A stretch of DNA of 64,000 nt from Candidatus Binatia bacterium (GCA_035626675.1 DASPNH010000101.1:3546-67545), one strand, 5' to 3'. Counted from the first letter of the stretch, positions 18,218 to 28,834 are shown. The notes: a model not told the origin generated them from the sequence alone. A program made the numbers and translations.

Positions 18218-20959
18218 ATGTCGAGCACGGAGGGAGGGGGACCCAAGGCCATGCTGCTGCCGGCGCCGGGAAGCGTCGGCGGACGACTCTCCGACGTCGC
18301 GCGCGATTACGTCACCGCGGTGCGCGCCGAGCTGGAGAGCGCACATTGGGCCGGCGCCAACGGCGTCGACACGGTCACGCGCCTGGCCTCCAGCCTCGAT
18401 CACCTGATCCGCTTCCTCTTCGACGCATCGATCGAGCGCTACGCCCGCCGCTACGCGCGCACGCGCCAGCACTGCGCCGTCTTCGCGCTCGGCGGCTACG
18501 GGCGGCGCGAGCAGTGCCCGTACTCGGACGTGGATCTGCTGGTGCTGCATTCGGGCGGCGTCACGCCCTTCGTCGAGACCGTCACCGAGTCGCTGCTCTA
18601 CACGCTGTGGGACGCGCGCCTGCAGGTCGGCCATGCGGTGCGCGATGCGGCCGAGTGCGTCAGCCTGGGCGCCAGCGACCTGACCATCAAGACCGCGCTG
18701 CTGGACGGGCGTTTCCTGTGCGGCAGTCCCGAGCTGGCCGGCGACTTCGAGACCTCGGTCCGCCGCAAGCTCGCCACCAGCGATGCCGAAAGCTTCACCG
18801 CCGCCAAGATCGAGGAGTCGCGCAATCGCCGCGCGCGCTACGGAGGCTCGGTGTTCATCCTGGAGCCCAACGTCAAGGAAGGCTTCGGCGGCGTGCGTGA
18901 CCTGAACGCTGCCCTGTGGATCGCGCGCGTCACACGCGAGGTCGGGGACCTGGAAGGATTGCGCGAGCAGGACATCGTCACCGCCAAGGAATACGAGGAG
19001 CTGAGCGCGTCGCGCGAGTTCCTTCTGCGCACCCGCGACGCGCTGCACTTCCTGACCAGCAACAAGAACGACCACCTGACCTTCGAGCGACAGCTCGCCG
19101 TGGGTCAGCGGTTCGGTTACGAGTCGGAGGGCAACAACTCGATCGGCGACATGTTCATGCGCGACTACTACCATCACGCCGCGGTGATGGCGCGCACCAC
19201 CGACGACATCGTCGACCGACTGATCAGCGCGCCCGAGCGCCGTACGGGCCTGCTGCGGCGCCTGGTCACCCAGCGCAACCTGCGAAGCGGCGTCAGCATC
19301 CTCAACGACCGTCTCGTCGTCGAAGAAAAGGTCCTGGACGCCGATCCCGTCAATCTCATCACCATCTTCCGCGACTGCCAGCGCCACGACGTGCGTTTCG
19401 CGTCGCGCACGCGCGAGCTGGTGCGGCAGAAGGCCGCCGTACTGACGCCCGAGGTGGCGCAGTCACGCGCCGCGGTCGAGGTGTTCTTCGAGATCCTGCG
19501 CGCCAAGGAAGGCGTCTACGAGACCCTTGCCCAGATGAACCGGCTGGGCGTGCTCGGAAAGCTCATTCCCGAGTTCGGGCGCCTGTTCTGCATGGTCCAG
19601 CACGACTACTACCACGTCTATACCGTGGACGAGCACTCGCTGATCGGCATCCGCGAGCTCGAGGGCCTGCGCAATGGCCAGCTGGCGGCCAAGAGCCCGT
19701 TCCTGACGCAGACGATGCGCGACTGCGACCGACCCGAGCTGCTGTTCCTGGCGATGATGTTCCACGACCTCGGCAAGGGCTACGGCGGCGATCACGACGA
19801 GCGCGGTGCCATCATGGTGCGCGACATCGCCGACCGCCTCTACATGCACGAGGACGACCGCGCCACGCTCGAGTTCCTGGTGCGCAATCACCTGACGATG
19901 TCGATGCTGGCGCAGACTCGCGACATCGAGGACCCGGCGCTCGTCATGGACTTCGCCGCCCAGGTCGGCACGGCCGAGAACCTGAGCCTGCTCTACCTGC
20001 TGACTTTCGCCGACATGCGCGCGGTGGGACCGCAGATCTGGAACGGATGGAAGGATCACCTGCTGGCCGAGCTCTACCGGCGCACCGTCGAGATCTTCGA
20101 GAAGGGACAGATCACCGAGGCCGACATGGAGAGCCGCGCCGAGCGCACGCGCCGCCGCCTGCTCGACAAGGCTGCCGGCCAGGCCGAGAGCGTGCGGCTG
20201 TCGGCATTCCTGGAGACGCTGCCGACCTCCTATTTCCTCGGCAACCCCGACGAGAAGATCATCGACCACTGGCGCCTGTACGAGTCGGTGGGCAGCTCGC
20301 AGTTCCGATACGGCGTCGAGCATTTTCCGGAGCGCGGATTTACCGAGTTCACTATTTGCGCACTGGACAGGCGCGGCCTTTTCAAGGACATGGTGGGCAC
20401 GTTGTCGGCGCACGGCCTCAACATCCTCAACGCACGCCTCGTGACGACTTCGGCAGGCTGGGCGGTCGACGTCTTTCGCATCGAGCACGTGGCCAACGCG
20501 GTCGATGCCACCTCGGCTGAGCTGTGGGAGCAGATCGGCGAGACGCTCGAGGGCGTCTTTGCCGGTGCCATCGACGTCGAGGAGACGGTGCGCAAGGCGC
20601 TGATCACCCGCACCCGCCGCGTCGGCGAGAAGGCCGCTCGCCGCACCTACGCGCGCGTCGAGATCGACAACCGCCTGTCCAAGGAATTCACCGTCATCGA
20701 CGTCTACGCGGCGGACCGGCCGGCGCTGCTGTTCCTGGTCTCCAACGAGATGTTCCGCATGGGCCTGGACATCCACATGGCCAAGATTTCCACGCACCTG
20801 ACCGAAGTGCTCGACGTCTTCTACGTCACCGACTCGCAGGGCCGGAAGGTCGAAGACCAGGACCGTCTGAACGATATCGGCGAATCCATCATCTCCGCGC
20901 TCACCACCGACGCGACCACGCCCGTTGCGCAGGCCGCGCCGTATCAGGTCAGCATCTGA
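18218..20959 (+). CDS. glnD: Bifunctional [protein-PII] uridylyltransferase / uridylyl-removing enzyme
   Basis: The 913-aa product has the nucleotidyltransferase motif GGYGRREQCPYSDVDLL, an HD domain (FHDLGKG) and two C-terminal ACT domains. Confidence 0.9.
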   Translation: MSSTEGGGPKAMLLPAPGSVGGRLSDVARDYVTAVRAELESAHWAGANGVDTVTRLASSLDHLIRFLFDASIERYARRYARTRQHCAVFALGGYGRREQCPYSDVDLLVLHSGGVTPFVETVTESLLYTLWDARLQVGHAVRDAAECVSLGASDLTIKTALLDGRFLCGSPELAGDFETSVRRKLATSDAESFTAAKIEESRNRRARYGGSVFILEPNVKEGFGGVRDLNAALWIARVTREVGDLEGLREQDIVTAKEYEELSASREFLLRTRDALHFLTSNKNDHLTFERQLAVGQRFGYESEGNNSIGDMFMRDYYHHAAVMARTTDDIVDRLISAPERRTGLLRRLVTQRNLRSGVSILNDRLVVEEKVLDADPVNLITIFRDCQRHDVRFASRTRELVRQKAAVLTPEVAQSRAAVEVFFEILRAKEGVYETLAQMNRLGVLGKLIPEFGRLFCMVQHDYYHVYTVDEHSLIGIRELEGLRNGQLAAKSPFLTQTMRDCDRPELLFLAMMFHDLGKGYGGDHDERGAIMVRDIADRLYMHEDDRATLEFLVRNHLTMSMLAQTRDIEDPALVMDFAAQVGTAENLSLLYLLTFADMRAVGPQIWNGWKDHLLAELYRRTVEIFEKGQITEADMESRAERTRRRLLDKAAGQAESVRLSAFLETLPTSYFLGNPDEKIIDHWRLYESVGSSQFRYGVEHFPERGFTEFTICALDRRGLFKDMVGTLSAHGLNILNARLVTTSAGWAVDVFRIEHVANAVDATSAELWEQIGETLEGVFAGAIDVEETVRKALITRTRRVGEKAARRTYARVEIDNRLSKEFTVIDVYAADRPALLFLVSNEMFRMGLDIHMAKISTHLTEVLDVFYVTDSQGRKVEDQDRLNDIGESIISALTTDATTPVAQAAPYQVSI

Positions 20960-20962
20960 GCC

Positions 20963-21877
20963 ATGCCCGATTCGGCACTGACAGCCATCGCCGACGAGTA
21001 CATGGACCACCTGGCGTCCGAGAAGGGTCTGGCGCGTAACTCGCTCGACGCCTACGGCAGCGACCTGCGGCGTTTCCTGGCCGCCATGAAGAAGGCGGGA
21101 CGCACCGAGGCCGCGCAGGTCGAGCGCGACGATCTCGTGATGTTTCTCGAGTCGCTGGCCGAGGAAGGCCTGGCTCCGTCCTCGCGAGCCCGCTGCCTGT
21201 CGGCCGTGCGCGGGCTCTTCAAGTTCCTGGTCAGCGAAGGCAGGCTGCAGACCAGCCCCGTTCGCGATCTGCGACCGGGCCGCCGGAGCAGGCCGATGCC
21301 GAAGTACCTGTCGCTCGAGCAGATCCTCGAGCTGCTGGCCGCCGCCAACGGCAACGATGCGCTGGCCATCCGCGACCGCGCCATGCTCGAGCTGGTCTAT
21401 GGATGCGGGCTGCGCGTCTCCGAGCTTGTCGGCCTGACCGGCGCCGCGCTGCACCTGAGCGACGGCTATCTGACGGTGGTGGGCAAGGGCTCGAAGGAAC
21501 GCGCCGTGCCCATCGGCTCGGCGGCGCTGGAGGCTCTCAACGCCTACCTGGAACACTCGCGTCCCGAGCTCGATCCTCTCGGCCGTTCCCGCGCGCTGTT
21601 CCTGGGACGTGGCGGCAAGAAGCTGACGCGCCAGGGCTTCTGGAAGCGCCTGTCGACGCTGGCCGCGCGCGCCGGAATCGAGCGGGTCTCGCCGCACGTG
21701 CTGCGGCATTCGTTCGCGACCCACCTGCTCGAAGGCGGGGCCGACCTGCGCTCGGTGCAACTGCTTCTCGGGCACGCCGACATCACCACGACGCAGATCT
21801 ACACGCACGTGGCCACCAGCCGTCTGCGCGAAGTGCACAAGGAGCATCATCCGCGCTCGCGCATGAAAGTGCGCTGA
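20963..21877 (+). CDS. xerD: Tyrosine site-specific recombinase XerD/XerC
   Basis: The catalytic residues lie in HVLRHSFATHLLEGGADLRSVQLLLGHADITTTQIYTHV, a R-H-R-Y configuration. The context is chromosomal, with no phage genes adjacent. Confidence 0.88.
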   Translation: MPDSALTAIADEYMDHLASEKGLARNSLDAYGSDLRRFLAAMKKAGRTEAAQVERDDLVMFLESLAEEGLAPSSRARCLSAVRGLFKFLVSEGRLQTSPVRDLRPGRRSRPMPKYLSLEQILELLAAANGNDALAIRDRAMLELVYGCGLRVSELVGLTGAALHLSDGYLTVVGKGSKERAVPIGSAALEALNAYLEHSRPELDPLGRSRALFLGRGGKKLTRQGFWKRLSTLAARAGIERVSPHVLRHSFATHLLEGGADLRSVQLLLGHADITTTQIYTHVATSRLREVHKEHHPRSRMKVR

Positions 21878-21945
21878 TGGCCGCGGCGCCGATCCCCGGA
21901 AAATAGCGGACAATTGCCCAGTTGCCGCTCCGGGAGCCGGCTGGT

Positions 21946-22662
21946 ATGGCACCCGCACCGGTCTCGCCCGTGCGCGACCGCCCGGTGTTCATGAACTTCA
22001 ATCCCGCCGAGCTCGCCCTTTGGATCGTCCCGTTCCTGGCCGCCGTCGTCTTCCACGAGTGGGCGCACGGCTACGTGGCCAACCGGCTCGGCGACGATAC
22101 GGCCAAGAGCGAAGGGCGCCTGACGCTCAATCCGCTCGTGCACATCGATCCGCTCGGCACCATTCTTCTGCCCGGGCTGCTGCTGCTGAGCGGGTCGGGA
22201 TTCCTGTTCGGGTGGGCCAAGCCGGTACCGGTCGCGTTTCACCGGCTCAACAATCCGCTGCGCGACATGATCTACGTCTCGGCGGCTGGTCCGGCGATGA
22301 ACCTGGCGCTGGCGTTCCTGAGCGCAGGCATTCTGGCCGGGATCGCGATCGCGTCTCCGGGCGCGCCGGCGGCCGAAGGCCAGTTCGAAGTGGCACGGCC
22401 GATCATGCTGATGTGTCAGATGAGCCTGCAGCTGAACGTGCTCCTGGCGGTCTTCAACATGCTTCCGATTCCGCCCCTGGACGGCGGGCGGGTGGCCGTC
22501 GGCCTGCTGCCGCGCCAGCTCGGCGAGCCGCTCTCGCAGATCGAGCCCTACGGCTTTCTCGTCATTCTCACCCTTCTTCTGACCAACGTCCTGAACGTCA
22601 TCCTGCGTCCCGTCATGGGCCTGGTCTATGGCGCCATCGACGCCGTCTTCGGAATCCTGTGA
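21946..22662 (+). CDS. Site-2 protease family (peptidase M50) membrane metalloprotease
   Basis: The HEXXH motif is FHEWAHGYVA. There are four or more transmembrane segments, and the LDG motif appears in PPLDGGRV. The start is uncertain among 21922, 21946 and 21991. Confidence 0.75.
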   Translation: MAPAPVSPVRDRPVFMNFNPAELALWIVPFLAAVVFHEWAHGYVANRLGDDTAKSEGRLTLNPLVHIDPLGTILLPGLLLLSGSGFLFGWAKPVPVAFHRLNNPLRDMIYVSAAGPAMNLALAFLSAGILAGIAIASPGAPAAEGQFEVARPIMLMCQMSLQLNVLLAVFNMLPIPPLDGGRVAVGLLPRQLGEPLSQIEPYGFLVILTLLLTNVLNVILRPVMGLVYGAIDAVFGIL

Positions 22663-23666
22663 GCACGGCGGCCGCCACCAAGCCGGCGCCTGCCATCGTC
22701 GTCTCGGGCACGCGTCCCACGGGCGCACTGCATCTGGGACATCTGAACGGCGCGCTCAAGAACTGGGTCGCGCTCCAGCAAGCCTCGCGCTGCTTCTTCT
22801 TCGTCGCCGACTGGCACGCGCTGACCACAGACTACGCCGATCCCAAGAACATCCGCCAGAGCACGGCCGAGATGATCCTGGACTGGATGGCCGTGGGTCT
22901 CGATCCCGAGCGCAGCGTCCTGTTCCGGCAATCGCACGTGCGCGAGCATGCCGAGCTGCACGTGCTCTTCTCGATGATCATTCCAATTCCGTGGCTCGAG
23001 CGCGTGCCGACGTACAAGGAACAGCAGACTCAGCTCGAAGGCCGCGACCTGTCGACCTACGGCTTTCTCGGCTATCCGCTGCTGCAGTCAGCCGACATCC
23101 TTCTGTACAAGGCCGACGCCGTGCCGGTCGGAGAGGATCAGCTCCCGCACATCGAGCTGACGCGCGAGGTGGCGCGCCGTTTCAACAATCTCTACGGTGC
23201 GGTCTTTCCCGAACCTGCGGGGATGGTCGTGCAGGCCGCTCGCGTGCCGGGCACCGACGGGCGCAAGATGAGCAAGAGCTACGGCAACGCGGTCTCGCTC
23301 GGTGACGATCCCGACACCGTCTACAACAAGCTCGTGCGCATGATGACCGATCCGCGCCGCGTGCGCCGCACCGATCCCGGCGATCCCAAGGACTGTCCGG
23401 CCTTTCGGCTGCACGAGATCTACTGCACGCCCGAAGAGAAGGAGGAGCTGAGCGTGGGCTGCCGCACGGCCTCCATCGGCTGCGTCGACTGCAAGAAGGT
23501 GATGATCAAGCACGTGGTGGCCGAGCTGACTCCGATCCAGGAGCGGCGTGCCGCCCTGGCGCAGCGGCCGAACGTCGCCGACGAGGTGCTGGCCGACGGA
23601 TGCCGGCGCGCCACCGAAGTGGCCGAAGCGACGATGGGACAGGTACGGGAGGCGATGGGGCTTTGA
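22659..23666 (+). CDS. trpS: Tryptophan--tRNA ligase
   Basis: The HIGH-like motif is TGALHLGHL and the KMSKS motif is present. The gene starts with GTG, overlapping the M50 stop. Confidence 0.9.
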   Translation: MSTAAATKPAPAIVVSGTRPTGALHLGHLNGALKNWVALQQASRCFFFVADWHALTTDYADPKNIRQSTAEMILDWMAVGLDPERSVLFRQSHVREHAELHVLFSMIIPIPWLERVPTYKEQQTQLEGRDLSTYGFLGYPLLQSADILLYKADAVPVGEDQLPHIELTREVARRFNNLYGAVFPEPAGMVVQAARVPGTDGRKMSKSYGNAVSLGDDPDTVYNKLVRMMTDPRRVRRTDPGDPKDCPAFRLHEIYCTPEEKEELSVGCRTASIGCVDCKKVMIKHVVAELTPIQERRAALAQRPNVADEVLADGCRRATEVAEATMGQVREAMGL

Positions 23667-24511
23667 GCACGCCGACCTACACGGTGCGCCTGAACGCCTT
23701 CGAAGGTCCGCTGGACCTGCTGCTGCACCTGGTGCGCAGCAACGAGCTCGACATCTACAACCTGCCCATCGCCGAGATCACCGATCAGTACCTGGCCTAC
23801 CTCGGCATGTTCGAGGAGCTCAATCTGGACGTGGCCGGCGAGTATCTCGTGATGGCGGCCTCGCTCATGTACATGAAGTCGCGCCTGCTGCTGCCGCGCG
23901 ACGAGGAAGACGAAGAGGAAGAGGACGAAGAGGTCGCGGACCTGGTGCGGCAGCTCGCCGAGTATCAGCGCTATCGCGAAGTCGCCGAGGCGCTGCGCGA
24001 CCGCCTCCTCCTCGATCGCGACGTGTTCCGGCGCCCGCCCACCGCGCCCGAGCCTTCGCCGCAGGACGAGCCGGCGCCGCTTCGGCGACTCGAGCTGGCC
24101 GATCTCTTCGAGGCGCTGCGACGCGTCCTTGCCAAGGCGGCGGCGCGACGTCCGCACACCATTTCGGCAGAGCAGTACAGCGTCTCGGACGCCGTGCGCA
24201 CGATGGTCGCGAGCCTGCGCGAGCGCGGGCGCCTCGAGTTCCACGAACTGTTCGCGGCCGAAGCGCCGCGCGGCCTCATCATCGCGACGTTCCTGGGCGT
24301 GCTCGAGCTGACCAAGCTCGGCGTGCTCATCGCCGAGCAGGAAGGTCGCTTCGGTCCGATCTTCGTCACCCTCGTCGGTGACGACATCGACGAGACCATC
24401 GCCGACCTGACCGAGATGTACGGCCCTGCCAGCGCCATGCTCGAAGGGCTGGCAGCGGCAGGCGCCGACGACGACGAGAATCCAACGACGACAAGCGAGC
24501 AGCCCACGTGA
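23663..24511 (+). CDS. scpA: Segregation and condensation protein A (kleisin)
   Basis: The N-terminus reads FEGPLDLLLHLVRSNELDIYNLPIAEITDQYL, followed by an acidic stretch DEEDEEEEDEE. A TTG start overlaps the trpS stop. Confidence 0.85.
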   Translation: MSTPTYTVRLNAFEGPLDLLLHLVRSNELDIYNLPIAEITDQYLAYLGMFEELNLDVAGEYLVMAASLMYMKSRLLLPRDEEDEEEEDEEVADLVRQLAEYQRYREVAEALRDRLLLDRDVFRRPPTAPEPSPQDEPAPLRRLELADLFEALRRVLAKAAARRPHTISAEQYSVSDAVRTMVASLRERGRLEFHELFAAEAPRGLIIATFLGVLELTKLGVLIAEQEGRFGPIFVTLVGDDIDETIADLTEMYGPASAMLEGLAAAGADDDENPTTTSEQPT

Positions 24512-25578
24512 GCGACGAGCAGGAACAGGAAGCGCAGGAACCGGCATCCAGCGAGGACCAGGCCGCGGGCGGGCTCTGGCCCGTCGATCGGCTGCGTCCG
24601 GTCCTGGAGGCGCTGCTGTTCGCCTCCGGCGATCCGCTGGCTGCCAAGAAGGTCGCCGAGATCGTCGAGGGCAGCACCGTCGAGGAAGTGAAGGCCACCC
24701 TAGCCGACCTTTCGACCGATCTGCTCACGCGCGGCATCCGTCTGGTCGAGGTGGCCGGCGGGTGGCAGCTGCGAACCGCGCCTGAGCATCAGCGCTACGT
24801 GCGCAAGCTCTTCCGCGAGCGCCCGCAGCGACTGACGCGTGCTGCAACCGAGACGATCGCCATCATCGCCTACAAGCAGCCTGTCACCCGCATGGAGATC
24901 GAGGCCGTGCGCGGAGTCGACAGCGGCGGTGTGATCGAGTCTCTGGTCGAGCGCCGACTGGTCAAGGTGATCGGCCGCAAGGACGTACCCGGACGACCCC
25001 TGGTCTACGCGACCACCAAGGAGTTTCTGGAGATCTTCGGCCTGAAGAGCTTGCGCGACATGCCGACGCTCCCGGAGCTGGGCACCGACTTCGAGCGCAT
25101 GTCCGAGCAGGGCGGTTTCAACGAGGCAGAGAGCGCGCGTATCCTGCCGCTGGAGGACGACGATGCCGCAGCGGCGGACGGACAAGGGACGCTCGAGCAA
25201 TCGGGCGGGCAAGGCGCGCAGCTCGAAGGCGATGCCGAGGGCTACGGCCGGCCACAAGCCTCGCGCGAAGACGACGGGCGATCCGGCAGCGAGCAAGCCG
25301 CGCGCGAGGACGGCGGGCAAGCCGGCGGCGAGCAAGCTGCGCGCGAGGACGGCGGACAACCTGGCGGAGAGCAAGCTGCGCGCGCGGACGGCGGACAAGC
25401 CGACGGCGAGCAAGCCGCGCGCGAGCCCGAAGGATCCGGCCAGGACGAGGCCGTCAAGGCACGCGGAGACGAGGATGCCGCCGGCGGCCAGGAAGCGGGC
25501 GGCCAATCCCGGTCAGGCCGCGGCAAATCCAGGCGAAAGCTCGCGCCAGCGGCCGATCCCGAAAAAGACCAAGGCTGA
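24508..25578 (+). CDS. scpB: Segregation and condensation protein B, with an acidic Gly/Glu/Gln repeat C-terminal tail
   Basis: The ScpB core reads LEALLFASGDPL ... IAYKQPVTRMEIEAVRGV. The gene starts with GTG, overlapping the scpA stop. The roughly 110-aa tail is built from 13-aa repeats, GEQAAREDGGQAG. Confidence 0.8.
   Translation: MSDEQEQEAQEPASSEDQAAGGLWPVDRLRPVLEALLFASGDPLAAKKVAEIVEGSTVEEVKATLADLSTDLLTRGIRLVEVAGGWQLRTAPEHQRYVRKLFRERPQRLTRAATETIAIIAYKQPVTRMEIEAVRGVDSGGVIESLVERRLVKVIGRKDVPGRPLVYATTKEFLEIFGLKSLRDMPTLPELGTDFERMSEQGGFNEAESARILPLEDDDAAAADGQGTLEQSGGQGAQLEGDAEGYGRPQASREDDGRSGSEQAAREDGGQAGGEQAAREDGGQPGGEQAARADGGQADGEQAAREPEGSGQDEAVKARGDEDAAGGQEAGGQSRSGRGKSRRKLAPAADPEKDQG
25263..25433. 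repeat. Tandem 39-bp repeat, about four units, of GAGCAAGCCGCGCGCGAGGACGGCGGGCAAGCCGGCGGC
   Basis: The array is seen directly in the sequence. It is readable in two frames, as the scpB tail and as the rluB N-terminal extension. Confidence 0.85.
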
Positions 25579-26347
25579 GCCGCGCCAGGGCGTCGCTGCA
25601 GGCAAGGGCCTTCGCCTGCACGTCCTGATCGCGCGCGCGGGCGTGGCCTCGCGGCGCGGCGCCGAAGATCTGATCAAGGCCGGCGAGGTGACCGTCAACG
25701 GCCGCGTGGTCACCGAGCTCGGCGCGCGCGCCATTGCGGGACAGGACCACGTCAAGGTGAAAGGGCGTCTGCTGACGGCGGAGCGCCCGCGCGAGTACTG
25801 GGCCTATCACAAGCCCGTCCATTGCGTGACGACGATGAAGGATCCGCAGGGGCGCTTCTGTGTCGGCGACGTCGTCGATGCGCTCGGCGGCCATGGCCTG
25901 TTTCCGGTCGGCAGGCTCGACTACGCCAGCTCGGGCCTGATCCTGCTGACCAACGACGGCGAGCTCGCACAGCGCCTGACGCATCCCAGCTTCCACATCG
26001 AGAAGGCCTATTCGGTCAAGGTCAGTCCGGCGCCCACGCGCGAGATGATCGAGCACCTTCGCACCGGCATCCGCCTGCGCGACGGCTACACTGCGCCGGC
26101 CTACGTGCGCGAGACCGAGAGGCGCGGATCGGCGATGGCATGGGTGGACGTGCGCATCGGCGAGGGCCGCAACCAGCAGGTGCGGCGCATGTTCGAGGCT
26201 TTCGGCATCCGCGTCGAGAAGCTGTGCCGCGATGCGATCGGCCCGCTCTCGCTCGGCGGCCTGCCGGTCGGCGATGCGCGCCGGCTTCGCGCCAGCGAAA
26301 TCGCCAGTCTTCAGGAGGCCGTCGGCCTGCGAGGCGGCCGTCGCTGA
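25472..26347 (+). CDS. rluB: 23S rRNA pseudouridine synthase (RluB/RsuA family, S4 domain plus pseudouridine synthase core); start codon uncertain
   Basis: The S4 domain reads LHVLIARAGVASRRGAEDLIKAGEVTVNGRVV. The catalytic core carries the RLDYASSGLILLTNDG Asp motif. The same frame stays open back to 25163 as a Lys/Arg/Ala-rich basic extension that overlaps scpB. Confidence 0.8.
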   Translation, partial: RMPPAARKRAANPGQAAANPGESSRQRPIPKKTKAEPRQGVAAGKGLRLHVLIARAGVASRRGAEDLIKAGEVTVNGRVVTELGARAIAGQDHVKVKGRLLTAERPREYWAYHKPVHCVTTMKDPQGRFCVGDVVDALGGHGLFPVGRLDYASSGLILLTNDGELAQRLTHPSFHIEKAYSVKVSPAPTREMIEHLRTGIRLRDGYTAPAYVRETERRGSAMAWVDVRIGEGRNQQVRRMFEAFGIRVEKLCRDAIGPLSLGGLPVGDARRLRASEIASLQEAVGLRGGRR

Positions 26348-26356
26348 ATCGGTGGC

Positions 26357-28708
26357 ATGGCTGACGCCAACGCCTACGAGATGAGCGCCGACAGGCCGCA
26401 TCGCGATCCGGTCTGCGGGATGAGCGTGGCCGCGGACTCGCCGCGGCGAGTCGAACACGGCGGCCAGACCTACTTCTTCTGCTCCGACAAATGCGCGGCG
26501 CGCTTTCGCGACGATCCGCAGGCGTTCCTGGATCCGCAGCGCGTCGAAGAGGCACGCCGTCAGCAATCGGCGGCCGCAGCGGCCGGTGCCACCTTCACCT
26601 GCCCCATGCATCCCGAAATCGTGCGCGACGCGCCAGGGCCATGCCCGCTTTGCGGAATGGCGCTGGAGCCGGTGATGCCCACCGCCGAGGAGGACGACGG
26701 CGAGCTGCGCGACATGAGCAGGCGCCTGGCCATATCGTCGGTCCTCGCCGGCGCCGTGCTGGTTCTTGCGATGGGACACATGCTTCCGCTCGGCGCTCTC
26801 GCGCACGCGCTGGCAGGAAGCTGGCGGGTGTGGGCCGAAGCGGCTCTGGCCACTCCCGTATGCCTGTGGGCTGCCTGGCCGTTCTACCAGCGCGCGCTCG
26901 CATCGGTGACTGCACGCAGCCCCAACATGTTCACGCTGATCGGCATCGGCGTGGCCGTTGCTTACGTGTTCAGCCTGGTCGCCGCGCTGGCTCCTGACAT
27001 CTTTCCGCCTGCCTTCCGCGACGAACATGGCCAGGTCGGCGTCTATTTCGAGGCCGCTGCCGTCATCGTCGCACTGGTTCTGCTAGGGCAGGTGCTCGAG
27101 CTTCGTGCGCGCAGCCGCACCGGGCACGCCATCCGCGCCCTCCTGCGTCTGGCGCCGCAGACGGCACGCCGTGTATCGGCAGACGGCCGCGAGCAGGACG
27201 TCGCGCTTTCGGAAGTGCATGCGGGCGACGTGCTGCGCGTGCGGCCCGGCGACAAGATTCCCGTCGATGGCGTGGTCGTGGAAGGAAGCAGCTACGTCGA
27301 CGAGTCGATGATCACCGGCGAGCCCGAGCCGGTGGCGAAGAGGAGCGAGGACCGCGTCGTCGGTGCCACCGTCAACGGCAGCGGCACGCTGCTGATGCGA
27401 GCCGAGAAGGTCGGGAGCGAGACTCTGCTCGCGCGCATCATCGACATGGTGGCGCAGGCGCAGCGCAGCCGCGCGCCGATCCAGCGCCTGGCCGATCGCG
27501 TCGCGGCCTGGTTCGTGCCGGCGGTGATGGCGGCTGCCGCAGCGACGTTTCTGATCTGGGCAAGCGTGGGGCCGCCGCCGGCCCTGGCGCATGCGCTGGT
27601 CAGCGCGGTCTCGGTTCTCATCATCGCCTGTCCGTGTGCGCTCGGGCTGGCGACTCCCCTTTCGATCATGGTGGCGATGGGACGGGGCGCGTCGTCGGGA
27701 ATCTTGTTCCGAAACGCCGAGGCCATCGAGGCGCTGCGACGCGTGGATACCGTCGTCGTCGACAAGACGGGTACGCTGACCGCGGGCAAGCCGGCGGTGG
27801 TCGGCGTCGAGCCCGCACCGCCGCTCGGCGAGGACGACCTGATCGCGATGGCTGCGGCCGTCGAGCGGGGCAGCGAACATCCCATTGCCGCGGCCATCGT
27901 TGCAGCGGCCAACGAGCGTGGGATCGCCGTGCCCGCGTTCGACGGCTTCACGGCGGTGGCGGGCAAGGGCGTGATGGCCAGGGTCCAGGGAGCACGCGTG
28001 CTGCTCGGCACGGCAGCATTCCTGCACGAGCACGACGTCGAGGTGCCCGGTCGTGTCGAGCAACGTGCCGCCACGCGGCGCACCAGCGGCGAGACCGTGC
28101 TCTTCGTTGCGCGCGGCAGGGAGCTTTGTGGTCTGATCGGAGTTGCCGATCCGCTCAAGCACGGCAGCGCTGCCGCGGTGGCGGCGCTGCGGGAGGAGGG
28201 CATGCGTGTGCTGATGCTCACCGGCGACAGCCGCGCCACCGGCGAGGCGGTCGCGCGAGCCGTGGGCATCGACGAAGTCCTGGCCGAAGTCCTGCCCGAG
28301 CAGAAGCGCGATGCGATCGTGGGACTACAGCGCCAGGGCCGCGTGGTGGCCATGGCCGGCGACGGCATCAACGATGCGCCGGCGCTGGCGCAGGCCGACG
28401 TCGGCATCGCGATGGGAACCGGCACCGACGTGGCCATGGAGAGCGCCGACGTCACGCTGGTGCAGGGGGATCTTCGCGGCATCGCGCGTGCACGGCGCCT
28501 GAGCCAGGCCACGGTGATCAACATCCGTCAAAACCTGCTGTTCGCGTTCGGCTACAACGCCCTCGGCATACCGGTGGCGGCGGGCGCCCTGTATCCGCTG
28601 CTCGGATGGCTGCTCAGTCCGATGCTGGCCGCAGCCGCCATGAGCCTGAGCTCGGTGTCGGTGATCGCCAATGCGCTGCGTCTTTCTCGAACTCGCATCG
28701 ATTCGTGA
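26357..28708 (+). CDS. copA: Copper/heavy-metal translocating P1B-type ATPase
   Basis: The N-terminus holds two Cys-motif metal-binding modules (CGMSV...FCSDKC and CPMHPE...CPLCGM). Transmembrane CPC is present, with the phosphorylation site DKTGTLT, the HP motif and [10 protein letters not shown]. Confidence 0.9.
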   Translation: MADANAYEMSADRPHRDPVCGMSVAADSPRRVEHGGQTYFFCSDKCAARFRDDPQAFLDPQRVEEARRQQSAAAAAGATFTCPMHPEIVRDAPGPCPLCGMALEPVMPTAEEDDGELRDMSRRLAISSVLAGAVLVLAMGHMLPLGALAHALAGSWRVWAEAALATPVCLWAAWPFYQRALASVTARSPNMFTLIGIGVAVAYVFSLVAALAPDIFPPAFRDEHGQVGVYFEAAAVIVALVLLGQVLELRARSRTGHAIRALLRLAPQTARRVSADGREQDVALSEVHAGDVLRVRPGDKIPVDGVVVEGSSYVDESMITGEPEPVAKRSEDRVVGATVNGSGTLLMRAEKVGSETLLARIIDMVAQAQRSRAPIQRLADRVAAWFVPAVMAAAAATFLIWASVGPPPALAHALVSAVSVLIIACPCALGLATPLSIMVAMGRGASSGILFRNAEAIEALRRVDTVVVDKTGTLTAGKPAVVGVEPAPPLGEDDLIAMAAAVERGSEHPIAAAIVAAANERGIAVPAFDGFTAVAGKGVMARVQGARVLLGTAAFLHEHDVEVPGRVEQRAATRRTSGETVLFVARGRELCGLIGVADPLKHGSAAAVAALREEGMRVLMLTGDSRATGEAVARAVGIDEVLAEVLPEQKRDAIVGLQRQGRVVAMAGDGINDAPALAQADVGIAMGTGTDVAMESADVTLVQGDLRGIARARRLSQATVINIRQNLLFAFGYNALGIPVAAGALYPLLGWLLSPMLAAAAMSLSSVSVIANALRLSRTRIDS

Positions 28709-28805
28709 CGACGGTGCGATGGCAAAAGGGGTGGATGGAATCCTGAACGGCTTCAGCGATTCGGTCCCGGCCCCCTTCGGACTCGTTGTTTGAGCGGCCG
28801 AAAAG

Positions 28806-28834
28806 TTGACAACCTGCGTCGCTGCACCTAAGAC
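28806..28834 (+). promoter_or_regulatory. Sigma70-like promoter for the tRNA gene, TTGACA-N17-TAAGAC
   Basis: A perfect -35 element TTGACA sits at 28806-28811. A 17-nt spacer precedes a weak -10, and the tRNA 5' end lies about 6 nt further downstream. Confidence 0.4.

Noticed and set aside
20963-21877. A tyrosine recombinase as a possible phage or island integrase
   Set aside because: The sequence is XerD/XerC-like, with the catalytic signature HxxRHSFATHLL...LGH...TTQIYTHV. The gene sits between glnD and housekeeping genes with no phage, plasmid or attachment-site repeats nearby. I read it as chromosomal dimer-resolution machinery.
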